From the NCBI GenBank assembly GCA_041745875.1, contig JBGTIB010000036.1, positions 1 to 60,029 on the forward strand: a DNA stretch of 60,029 nt, in the 5' to 3' direction. The position numbers and the translations under genes are program-made. How positions within the stretch are numbered: the first letter of the stretch is position 1; each line of letters opens with the position of its first letter. Positions 1 through 9,700 of this stretch are shown piece after piece. Under the pieces are notes generated by a model. It was given only the letters and a program-made list of their open reading frames with translations, had not been told where the DNA came from and searched no databases. The stretch comes from Flavobacteriales bacterium. Its GTDB lineage: Bacteria; Bacteroidota; Bacteroidia; Flavobacteriales_F; PHOS-HE28.

Positions 1-442
1 GACCGCAGGCACCTCTGCTGAATTGAGCGCGCTCTGGTTCCAGATGGCCCCGGTCTGCATCAGCGGTGGCGACGACCACGACTATGAGTTGCCCATCGCT
101 TATCAGCAACTGGGTAGCACGGACCTATTACCCGCCACCGCCTACTACCTGAAGGGTGTCGGCTTCGATGAGGCGGAGATCAACGTCGGCATCAACGAAG
201 TGAACGGACCATCCACGTTGCGCCTGTACCCCAATCCGAGTGAAGGACGGTTCATGATACAGTTGTCTCAAGAGGGCTCAGTGGATGTGATGATCAGCGA
301 CATCACGGGCAGGGTGATGATCACCGAACGCATGGCCAACGCACAACAATGGTTCAACGTTGAAGGATGGCCGGCCGGCTTGTACATGGTCACTGTTATC
401 ACTGAGCAAATGCGCCAAAGCACCAAACTGATCCTGGAGTGA
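1..442 (+). CDS. 3' end of a T9SS-secreted protein (C-terminal sorting domain); the 5' end lies outside the window
   Basis: The frame is open from the window edge to the stop at 440-442. The last ~80 aa (LRLYPNPSEGRFMIQL...GLYMVTVITEQMRQSTKLILE) fit the Bacteroidota T9SS CTD pattern. Confidence 0.7.
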   Translation, partial: TAGTSAELSALWFQMAPVCISGGDDHDYELPIAYQQLGSTDLLPATAYYLKGVGFDEAEINVGINEVNGPSTLRLYPNPSEGRFMIQLSQEGSVDVMISDITGRVMITERMANAQQWFNVEGWPAGLYMVTVITEQMRQSTKLILE

Positions 443-463
443 AGTTGGCACAGCAGTGACCAC

Positions 464-2038
464 TCACGGCTTCGGCAGGTAGCCCTTGGCCAATGCATTG
501 AACGTGCTCAACTGACCCTCGCACCAGGTGGCATCGTGGCCCAATTCCTTTGCCATGAGTCGCACTACGCACGGTGCACAGGCCATCGCCGCTCCTGCAT
601 CCAGAAAGAGGAGACGCACCCTTCGCGCCAACACATCCTCCAAGGTGCAGGCCATCTCGTTCCGAACGGCATTTACCACTTCCGCCATGCAGTATGGGAA
701 GTCGGGATGCAGTCGGTCGAGCAACGCGGGATCCTTGCGCATTAAAGTATGGATCGCATCCGCTGCGCTGCCGTATCTGGCCAGGGGGTCAAGTGGATCC
801 ACATCCCCGGCAGGCTTACCATGGATGGGTAGTTCAGCGGTGCGGCAAGGCGCATTCTTCCGTCCAACGTGTTTGATGGCGGTATCGACCAGGTCCTCGG
901 CCATGCTGCGGTAGGTGGTCCACTTACCGCCGATGAGCGAGAGCAGGCCACTGTCGGAGATCACAATGCGGTGCCCACGTGAGATCTCCTTGGTCTCGTG
1001 CGATCCGCCCTGTTGCGGTCTGGCGAGCGGCCGCAGTCCGGCGTACATGGTGAGCACATCGGCACACGTAGGCTTCCGCGTGAGATAGCGGCCAACGGTG
1101 TGCAACACGAAGTCGATCTCCTCCTCCAATGGCTTCGGTTCATCACTCACGGTTTCCACGGGAATATCGGTGGTACCCACCAGCAACCTGCCCTGCCAGG
1201 GGATCGCGAAGAGGACGCGGCCATCGGGTGTGCGGGGGATCATCAGCGCGGCATCGCCGGGCATGAAGCTGCGGTCCAGCACCAGGTGGATACCCTGGCT
1301 GGGAACGATGTGGTCGCGCGTGTCGCTGCTGTCCATGGCGAGCACCGAGTTGGTGAACACGCCGGTGCAGTTCACCACCACCCTGGCGTGGATGGTGTGG
1401 CGCGTACCTTCCAGCGTATCCTCCACCACCGCGCCATTCACATTCCCGGCATCGTCCTTCAGCAGTTCGATCACCCGCGCGTGGTTGAGCACACAGGCAC
1501 CTTGTTCCACAGCAGTACGTGCCAATGCGACGGCAAGTCGTGCATCGTCGAACTGGCCATCGTGGTAAAGCACGCCGCCCCGCAGTCCTTTAGCAGCGAT
1601 GCCAGGCAAGTGCTTCATGGTTTCCGCTTTGCCCAACACACTTGTGCGACCCAGCCTGAGTTGTCCCGCCAACAGATCATACACGCCGAGACCGACGCGA
1701 TACCACGCACTCTCCCACCAGCGGTAGCAGGGGATCACAAAGACCTGGTCGTGACACACATGCGGTGCGTTGCGCAAGAGACGGCCGCGCTCACGCAGTG
1801 CTTCGCGCACCAAGGCCACCTGCCCCTGCGCCAGGTAACGCACACCGCCATGCACGAGCTTGGTGCTGCGGCTGCTGGTGCCTTTGGCGAAGTCATGCGC
1901 CTCCAGCAACACGGTTCGGAAGCCCCGGTTCGCGGCATCCACGGCCACACCAAGTCCGCTGGCACCACCGCCGATGACGAGCATGTCCCAAGGGGCATCC
2001 GCTTCCGTAAGGCGGTGTAATTGGGCGCGGCGGTCCAT
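464..2038 (-). CDS. glpD: FAD-dependent glycerol-3-phosphate dehydrogenase
   Basis: It has an N-terminal dinucleotide-binding motif (DMLVIGGGASGLGVAVDAANRG) and GTSSRSTKLVHGGVRYL, and shows GlpD-like sequence along its length. I placed the start at ATG 2038 (MDRRAQL) rather than the upstream alternative start of the 580-aa ORF. Confidence 0.85.
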   Translation of the reverse strand: MDRRAQLHRLTEADAPWDMLVIGGGASGLGVAVDAANRGFRTVLLEAHDFAKGTSSRSTKLVHGGVRYLAQGQVALVREALRERGRLLRNAPHVCHDQVFVIPCYRWWESAWYRVGLGVYDLLAGQLRLGRTSVLGKAETMKHLPGIAAKGLRGGVLYHDGQFDDARLAVALARTAVEQGACVLNHARVIELLKDDAGNVNGAVVEDTLEGTRHTIHARVVVNCTGVFTNSVLAMDSSDTRDHIVPSQGIHLVLDRSFMPGDAALMIPRTPDGRVLFAIPWQGRLLVGTTDIPVETVSDEPKPLEEEIDFVLHTVGRYLTRKPTCADVLTMYAGLRPLARPQQGGSHETKEISRGHRIVISDSGLLSLIGGKWTTYRSMAEDLVDTAIKHVGRKNAPCRTAELPIHGKPAGDVDPLDPLARYGSAADAIHTLMRKDPALLDRLHPDFPYCMAEVVNAVRNEMACTLEDVLARRVRLLFLDAGAAMACAPCVVRLMAKELGHDATWCEGQLSTFNALAKGYLPKP

Positions 2039-2084
2039 GGTGGGAAAGGTAGAGCGTGCATCGGCACTCTCCTTTCTTTGCGCC

Positions 2085-2780
2085 ATGCTGGCCGATCGTC
2101 TCCTCCCCCATGTCCTCAAATTCTCCCTCCAAGGCACAAAGCTTCCCAAAGGGATCGGTGTGCTCGATCCCTTCAATGGGCCCAACGCCGATGAGGTGCG
2201 TCGCATCGTGACACTTTTCCACCGCCGCTATTACAACGATGAGCGGCCGCGCACACTGATGCTCGGGATCAACCCCGGGCGCCTGGGCGCGGGCAGCACG
2301 GGCCTCTCCTTCACCGACACCAAGCGTTGCGAGATCGACCTGGGCATTCCGGTGAACGGCCTGCGTACCAATGAGCCCAGCAGTGACTTCTTCTACAGGA
2401 TGATCCGCTCAGCAGGTGGTCCGGAGGATTTCTACAGCAAGGTGTACGTGCATGCCGTGTGCCCATTGGGCTTTGTCAAGGAGCAGGCGAATGGAAGCGG
2501 CATCAACCTGAACTACTACGATGACAAGGTGCTGGAAAAAACCGTGACCCCTTTCGTGGAACAATGGCTGCGCACGCTGGTGGACTGTGGCATGCGTACG
2601 GATACGGTGTTGTGCATCGGCACTGGTAAGAACGCCGCCTATTTCAGCAAGCTGAACGAACGGCTTAAGCTGTTCGGACGCATTATCGCATTGGAGCATC
2701 CGAGGTATGTGATGCAATACAAGGCGCGGAGCATCGACATCTATATTGACAAGTATCTGGCGGCTCTGAAAGGTGTGTGA
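2085..2780 (+). CDS. uracil-DNA glycosylase superfamily protein (DUF4918/SMUG2-like)
   Basis: Recognised motifs are LGINPGRLGAGSTGLSFTD, EPSSDFFY, VCPLGFV and ALEHPRYVMQYK...YIDKYL, all typical of the Bacteroidota DUF4918 family. The start is ATG 2085 inside the 306-aa ORF. Confidence 0.75.
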   Translation: MLADRLLPHVLKFSLQGTKLPKGIGVLDPFNGPNADEVRRIVTLFHRRYYNDERPRTLMLGINPGRLGAGSTGLSFTDTKRCEIDLGIPVNGLRTNEPSSDFFYRMIRSAGGPEDFYSKVYVHAVCPLGFVKEQANGSGINLNYYDDKVLEKTVTPFVEQWLRTLVDCGMRTDTVLCIGTGKNAAYFSKLNERLKLFGRIIALEHPRYVMQYKARSIDIYIDKYLAALKGV

Positions 2781-2800
2781 GGGTGGTCTCAACTCACCAC

Positions 2801-3094
2801 CTACAGGAACAAACTGATCGTAAAGCTTGGCCTTTCGTGGTGCGCTTCATCCGCAGCGCGCGCGATGATCTGCGTGAAGCGGCCTTCCACGCTGTGGTAG
2901 ATGGCCGTAGCCTGCAAGGCGCCAGCGGGGAAGTCCACATGGACCATGGGGCTTGTGCCATTTTCCAGTATTGGTTGTTGCAGTTGTGCCGTAGCATGCA
3001 ACTCCAGCAGGCGTTCATCGAAAAGGCGTCGGAGTTCCTGCACAACGGACGGTGCATCGGCATGGAGCGGCTGTGGGTTCCGGGTGGTGATCAT
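2801..3094 (-). CDS. hypothetical protein (97-aa ORF, no recognisable family)
   Basis: It is the only uninterrupted ORF in the 2.8-3.2 kb gap and is convergent with the UDG-family gene. It sits beside a decayed gene, so it could itself be a remnant. Confidence 0.25.
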   Translation of the reverse strand: MITTRNPQPLHADAPSVVQELRRLFDERLLELHATAQLQQPILENGTSPMVHVDFPAGALQATAIYHSVEGRFTQIIARAADEAHHERPSFTISLFL

Positions 3095-3239
3095 ACCGGC
3101 TGCAGTTCACAGGGCATGCCACATGAGCACGTGGGATCAGCGCATCGAACAATGTTCATATTGTTGGGGATCCCACAAATGGAAAGAGAGATCCCAATGG
3201 ATCACATGTGTTCCTGAACCTGTGGAACTTTCGGGGTAA

Positions 3240-3716
3240 ACCATCTCATCGGCGGGGTTGTGGGGCCCATCGCCCATGCACGACCGGAGATCCTCCATCT
3301 TACTCATGCTTCGCGTGACCGCCAGCGCCATCTGCGGTTCCGACCTGCACCTCTATCGGGGAATTGTCCCAGGAATGAAGGAGGGCGACATTCTGGGACA
3401 TGAGTTCATGGGCATCGTGGAAGACGAACTGGAGACGGTGCTCACCACCATGAAGGTGGAAGGAGGCCGTGGTTTCGTACTGCGCCAGATGATCGCCTGC
3501 ACACGGCGCGGCGGCCACCTCAGTGTGCCCGGCGTGTATGCTGGATGGATCCATGTTGCCAGGGAGCGCGGCAAGGATCGGATCGCCTCGTTGTGCTTAC
3601 GCAACCTGCAGGAGGAACTCGCTACCGAGAATGCCTTGGTCGCATTGACCGAGGGCATACCCGGTAAGTCGCACCGAGCCGATGGTGCGAAGCGGAAGGC
3701 CAGCACGGTGGAATAG
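3240..3716 (+). pseudogene. remnant of a Zn-dependent alcohol/formaldehyde dehydrogenase (MDR family) with a large internal deletion
   Basis: The N-terminal MDR block LRVTASAICGSDLHLYRGIVPGMKEGDILGHEFMGIVED is joined directly to a block that normally lies near residue ~300 (GFVLRQMIACTRRGGHLSVPGVYAG). After that the reading frame loses similarity. There is no credible start, since a TAA lies at 3237-3239 and the first residues are non-homologous. Confidence 0.7.
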
Positions 3717-3734
3717 CAACTCCTGACCAGCTGT

Positions 3735-6700
3735 CTACTCGCGGGCACTGCGGTCCGCCAGGTCCATCAGCGTGCTGCGTTCGATGGGTTTGACCACGTG
3801 TGTATCGAAGCCTGCCTCCATGGAACGTTTGCGGTCCTCATCCTGGCCCCAGCCGGAGAGCGCCACGATGCGCGCCTTGCGACCCCACGGGGTCTTGCGC
3901 ATCAGCACACAGGCCTCATGGCCATTGAGCTTGGGCATACCGATGTCCATCAGGATGAGGTCGGGGAGAAAAGCGGCTCCCGCATCGAGGGCTTGCTCGC
4001 CATCGTGGGCCACCTTCACCTCGTGCCCGAGTTTGCGCAGGATCAGCGCCATGGTCAGCGCAGCATCCTGATTATCGTCCACCACCAGCACACGTCCCCC
4101 GCCGGTGTTCCCGCCATGTTCACCCTTGGAAGGTGCCGACCGGGCGGGCCCCGCTTTCCGCATCAACGGCAAGCGCACCTCGAATTCGCTTCCATGGCCG
4201 ACGCCATCGCTGTGGCCTACCACGCTGCCATGATGCATATGCACCAAACGCCGCACGATGTTGAGACCGATGCCAAGCCCTCCGGCAGCATGGTCGTTGT
4301 GCGAACCTTCCACCTGCGCGAACATATCGAACACATGCTCCAAAGCACTGGGATCAATGCCGATGCCGTTGTCCTTCACGGTGATGACGGCCTCGCCGTC
4401 GTGCTCGTCCACCGTGAGGCTGATCCGACCCCTGGAGGGGGTGTACTTGGCTGCGTTGTTCAGCAGGTTCACCACCACCTGGGTGAGGCGTGCCTGATCA
4501 CCGTTCACCACCAGATCGTTGCGGACGATGTTCACTTGGAAGTCCTGCTCCTTGCGGTCCATCAAGGGCTTGGTGGCTTCAATGGCCGTGTCAAGGACGC
4601 TGGAGAGCTCCGTGGGCCCCTTGATCAATTCCAACTTGCCGCGGCTGATGCGGCTGAGGTCCATGAGGTCATCCACCAGGCGCACCATGTGGTCCAGCTG
4701 GCGCGTCATCATGCCGCGGGTATCGTTGATGACACTGGGGTCGTCGGGTGCCAGCTCCATCAGCTGCAGGCCGTTCTTCAGCGGCGCCAGGGGATTGCGA
4801 AGCTCGTGCGCCAGCGTGGCGAGGAAGTGGTCCTTGTGGCGCGAGCTTTCCTCCAAAGCCTCCTCGGCCAGTTTCTGTTCCGTGATGTCGGTGTTCGTGC
4901 CGAACCAACGTTCCACCTTACCCTCCTCATTGAAAATGGGGACCGACCGTGCCAGGAACCAACGGTACTCCCCGGTGCGTCCCTTCAGCTGGAACACATA
5001 TTGCCACACAGTGCCTGTTTCCTGGGCTTTGGCATAGGTGGCGATCATGTCCGCAAGGTGCTCAAGGTGTACCACCTGTTCCCAGCCCCCCTGGTTCATC
5101 TGTTCCTTGGACAGACCTGTGTACTCCAACCAGCGCTGGTTCACCCAGGTGACGGTGCCACAAGGATCCACCATGTAGGCCATTTGCGACATGTGGTCGG
5201 CCAGCATGCGGAAACGCTCTTCGCTCTCGCGGATCCGATCCTGGGCCTCGCGTTCGGTGGTGATGTCGGTGCAGGTGCCGAACCACCGCACCACGGTGCC
5301 CTCGTCGTTCCGGATGGGCATGGCAGTGGCCAGGAACCAATGGTACTGGCCCGTCTTGCTCAACAGGGGAAAGCTGTCCTCCCACGATTCGCCCTTGGCC
5401 GCACGCTCCGTCAATGAATTGGTCACCCGTTCAAAATGGTCGGGATGGTGGATCGATCTGCCGTCCGCTCGGATCTCCTCGCCGGTCTTGCCGGTGAATT
5501 CGGTCCACCGCTGGTTGAACCACATGGCACTTCCATCGGCCTCGGCGATCCAGATCAGCTGGTACACATTGTCGGCCACCAGGTGGAAGCGTTCCTCGCT
5601 GGCGGCGATGGCCTCGCGGTTGCGCTTCTGTTCGGTGATGTCGCGGATCACCTTGGAGACCCCGATCACCCGGCCCTGGGCATCCTTCATGGGCGAGAGG
5701 ATGAGGGAAATGTCAACCGGGCTGCCATCCTTGTGCACGCGCACCGTCTCGAAGTGTTCGATACGCTCCCCTTTCAGCAGGCGCTTCACCAACTGTTCCT
5801 CCTCGTTGAGGCGGTCCGGCGGGAAGAGCATGGTGACGCGCTTCCCGATCATCTCCTCGGGCGAATAACCGAAGATGCGCTCGGCACCCTGGTTCCACGT
5901 GGTGATGGTGCCTTGCAGGTCGCGGCTTATGATCGCGTCGTCCGATGATTCGACGATGGCGGCCAGGCGCCCGATGGCCATGGACGCGGCTTTGCGTTCG
6001 GTAATGTCCTCCAGGACGGCCAAAATGTACGGTACGCCCCCGAGCTGCACGATATCGGCGTTCACCTGCACCTGTAGGGCATGGCCATCGGCATGGCGCA
6101 GTTCCATCTCCACCGGTGCCAGGTGCCCCGTGCGCTGCACCATGGCCAATAGCTGCTGGCGCTGTTCCGCATCGGGGTTCATACCGATCTCCACACTGGT
6201 CCGGCCGATGACCGCCTTGCGCGATCGCCCGATCATTTGCAGCATGGCCGGGTTGACATCGATGATGCGGGCCTCGTCGGCCGAGTATAGCATGACCCCG
6301 AATGGGGCCTTCTCGTAGATGGTCTTGAAGCGCTCTTCGCTCTGTGCCAGTTCCACCTCGGTGCGTTTGCGCGAGGTGATGTTCATGGTACCGCCCATCA
6401 TGCGCACCGGGCGGCCCTGCTCGCGCAGTACCACGGCATTGGTGAATACCCAGTTCACTTCGCCCTCGGGGTTCAGGGTGCGGAACTCTACTTCGTAGGG
6501 AGCACCGTCCTCAAGGGTGGCACGAATGGCACTGGTGACCCATTCGCGATCCTCGGGGTGGATCAGTTCGCTGTAGCCATCGATGGTGGGTTCGAAGGAT
6601 CCCTTCTTCACCCCATGGATCGCATACACGGGATCGGTCCAGGTGATCGTGTCCTTTTCCACATCCCAATCCCAAATGCCGAGCTTGCCCGTCTCGGTGG

Positions 6701-9700
6701 CCACGCGCAGGCGCTCTTCGCCCAGTTTCCGTTCGGTGATGTCCAGGATCATGGCCATGAACAAGCGCCTTGTACCACTGTTCACCGTCTGTAGATGCAC
6801 CTCCACGGGGTAGTCACTACCATCGGCACGACGATGCACCGTGTGGAATACGAGCTTTTCCTTCTCACCGTTCCGCAGCGGTTCCACCACGCGGTCGAAC
6901 GCCTGTGCATCATACTCCGGTTTGATGTCCACCGGGGTCATTTCGCGCATCTGATCGAGCGTGAACCCGAGATTTTTCAGCGCGCCGTGGTTGACATATT
7001 CGAACTTCAAGCTTTTCAGATCGAAGATGTAGATCTCGTTCAGGCTTCGCTCGATCATCCCGGACAACTGCTGCCTTTCAGCCTCCGCATTGTAGCGGTC
7101 GGTGATGTCGATCAGCACATTGTGACCGCCCACCACAGTGCCGTCGGCATCGCGCACGGGTTCGGGATGGGCCAGCACATGCCGGCGGGTGCCGTCCGGC
7201 CGTTGTATCACCATCTCCTCACGAATTGCAGCGCCCTGGCGAATTGCACGCGCCATGGGACTTTCATCGGGCTCGAGCTCCCGGCCGTCGGGGGTGTACA
7301 GGCGATGGGCCCCGTGCCAGATCCCCGGTGATCCGGCCGGAGCGGAACCCCAAAGTGCTTTTGCGGCTTCGTTGTACAGCAGGACGCGCCCTTCCGTATC
7401 GCAAGTGAACACCGCGGCGGGCAGCGTGTCGATGAGTTGGCGGTAGCGCGACTCACTCTCGGCCAGGGCCACGGCTCCCAGGCGCTGTTGTTCCAGTTCG
7501 CGCTGTAGCGCGTTGTGCAGATCGGCATTGTCCAGGGCCAGCGCTGCTTGTGCGGCCAGCGGGGTCACCAATTCCTCCGCCTCGCTTGTGAATCTGTCGG
7601 CCTCATGATGCCCGAAAAAGAGGCCGCCGATCACCCGGCCATCGCGCGAGGTGACGGGCACCGCCAGATAGCTGCGCACCGGTGGGTGGCCTTTGGGCAT
7701 ACCCCGGTGAGGATCCATTTTCCCATAGCGGGGATCCTTGGTGATGTCGCCGCTGCGTACCACACCTTCGCCGCGGAAAGTGGGGCCGAAGATCTCGGTG
7801 GCGCGCGGCATGGGCATATGGTCGAAGGCCTCACGCGGAATTCCCGATAGCGTATAGAGCATGAAGGACGCCCCCTTCTCGTCCGTCACGTTGTAGAAGA
7901 AGGCACCGAATTCCGCTCCCACCACAGCGCGGCCCGTGTCGGTCACGGCCTGTACGATCTTCCGCGTATCAAGCTCGGCGATGAGCGTATCGCCCATGGC
8001 ATTGAGCAGTTCCAAGGCATTGGTGCGCTGTTGCAAGGCTTCCTCCACAGCCCTGCGCTCGGTGATGTCCACACTGGCACCCATCACGCGCACCGCCTTG
8101 CCATCCACCCGCAGGATGGTCGCGATGGTGAACATCCAGATCACTTCGCCCTTGGGGCGTAAGGCACGTACCTCCAACTCGAAGCGGTCCTCGAACTTCA
8201 TGGCCTGCGCCAAGGTGCTCATGAACCGTTCGCGGTCCCCGGGGTGCAGCAGTGCCTTGTAACCGTCCATCGACGCATCGAAATTCCCGGGCTTGATACC
8301 GTGCATGGTGTACAGCGAATCGCTCCATGACAGTCGATCGGTGGCCACCTCCCAATCCCAGATGCCCACCTTGCCGGTGTGCGTGGCCAGGTCCAGGCGT
8401 TCCTGGCTTTCGTGCAAAGCATCGTTGCGCGACTGCAATTCCTCGTTGATGGTGGCGAACTCCTCGTTGATGGACTGCAGCTCCTCCTTGGAGGTCTCTA
8501 GCTCCTCATTGATGCTCTGCAGTTCCTCGTTGGAGGAAACGACCTCCTCGTTGGCGGCCTGCAAGTGTTGTACATGCACCTCGGCGTCCTCGCTCACCAG
8601 GCGCAGATGCTCGCGCGCTTCCAATAGTTCCTGTTCCAACACGGCGATGCGTCGCTCACGGGCATCCTCGATGGATGATCCGTTCGCGTGTTCGGCACCT
8701 GCATCGACATTGATCACCGGCACACCCTCCTCTCTGAAGAGCACCAGAAAATGGGGGTCCTGTCTCCCTCCACAGGGCACCACTTCGAGCGACACGTTCT
8801 GCAACGCGTTGTTCAAATGCATCGGGATGCCGCCCTTGCGCATGGGAATGCTTTCGCTGCGCGCCTTCTTCAAGAGGGAACGCAGTTCATAGGCCAGGTC
8901 GTCGCGCACCATCTTCAACAGGCTCAGCGTGGCACGTCCCGCACTGGGGGCCAGGAATGGTGCGGTGGGACCCATGAAACGCACGATCTCCAGATCCTTG
9001 TTCACCAGGACGCTCGCGGGCACATAGCGGTGAAGGAGTAACAGTTCCACCTCGCGGTCCATATCGGGGCGACTCCCGTTCTGCCGCCACGTACTAATTG
9101 ATGGCGCATGCTGTTGCACCGGCAATGCAGGCTTGAAGCTCAGGTCCATCTGCAAGCGTTCGCTGGCCCCGCGCTTCTTGCTGTACACCTTGTGGACCTT
9201 GTCCGGCTGTTGGAAGAGGTCGCCCGCACTATCCGGGGTCTCCGAACGGCCGATGGCCAGAAAACCATGTGGCCGCAAGGCGTAGTGGAACGACTTAAGG
9301 ATACGGGCCTGGGCCGGGCTCTCCAGGTAGATCAACACGTTCTGGCAGCTGATGAGGTCCAGGCGCGAGAATGGTGGATCCTTCAGAAGATCGTGCTTGG
9401 CGTAAACGCACATGTCCCGGATGGGCTTGATCACCTGGTAGTGACCATCCACGACGGTGAAGAACTTGGAGACGCGCGCGGGCGACAAGTTCTGCAACGC
9501 GCTCTTCTTGTAAATGCCAAGCCGGGCCTTTTCGATGGTACGTTCGTTGAGGTCCGTGGCGAAGATCTGCACCGGTGTGTTGATGGACCGTTCGCCCACG
9601 AACTCCAGCAGGGTGATGGCGATGGAGACAACTTCTTCGCCTCCGGCACAGGCCGGCACCCAGATGCGCAGGGGTTCGGTGGCCGGCCGCACTTCGAACA

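Noticed and set aside
3798-5417. A 539-aa plus-strand ORF, and several other 100-240-aa ORFs, lying antisense inside the giant kinase gene
   Set aside because: These are shadow ORFs typical of high-GC coding DNA. Their translations are H/G/R/A/V-rich with no motifs, whereas the minus-strand frame encodes a continuous series of recognisable signalling domains.
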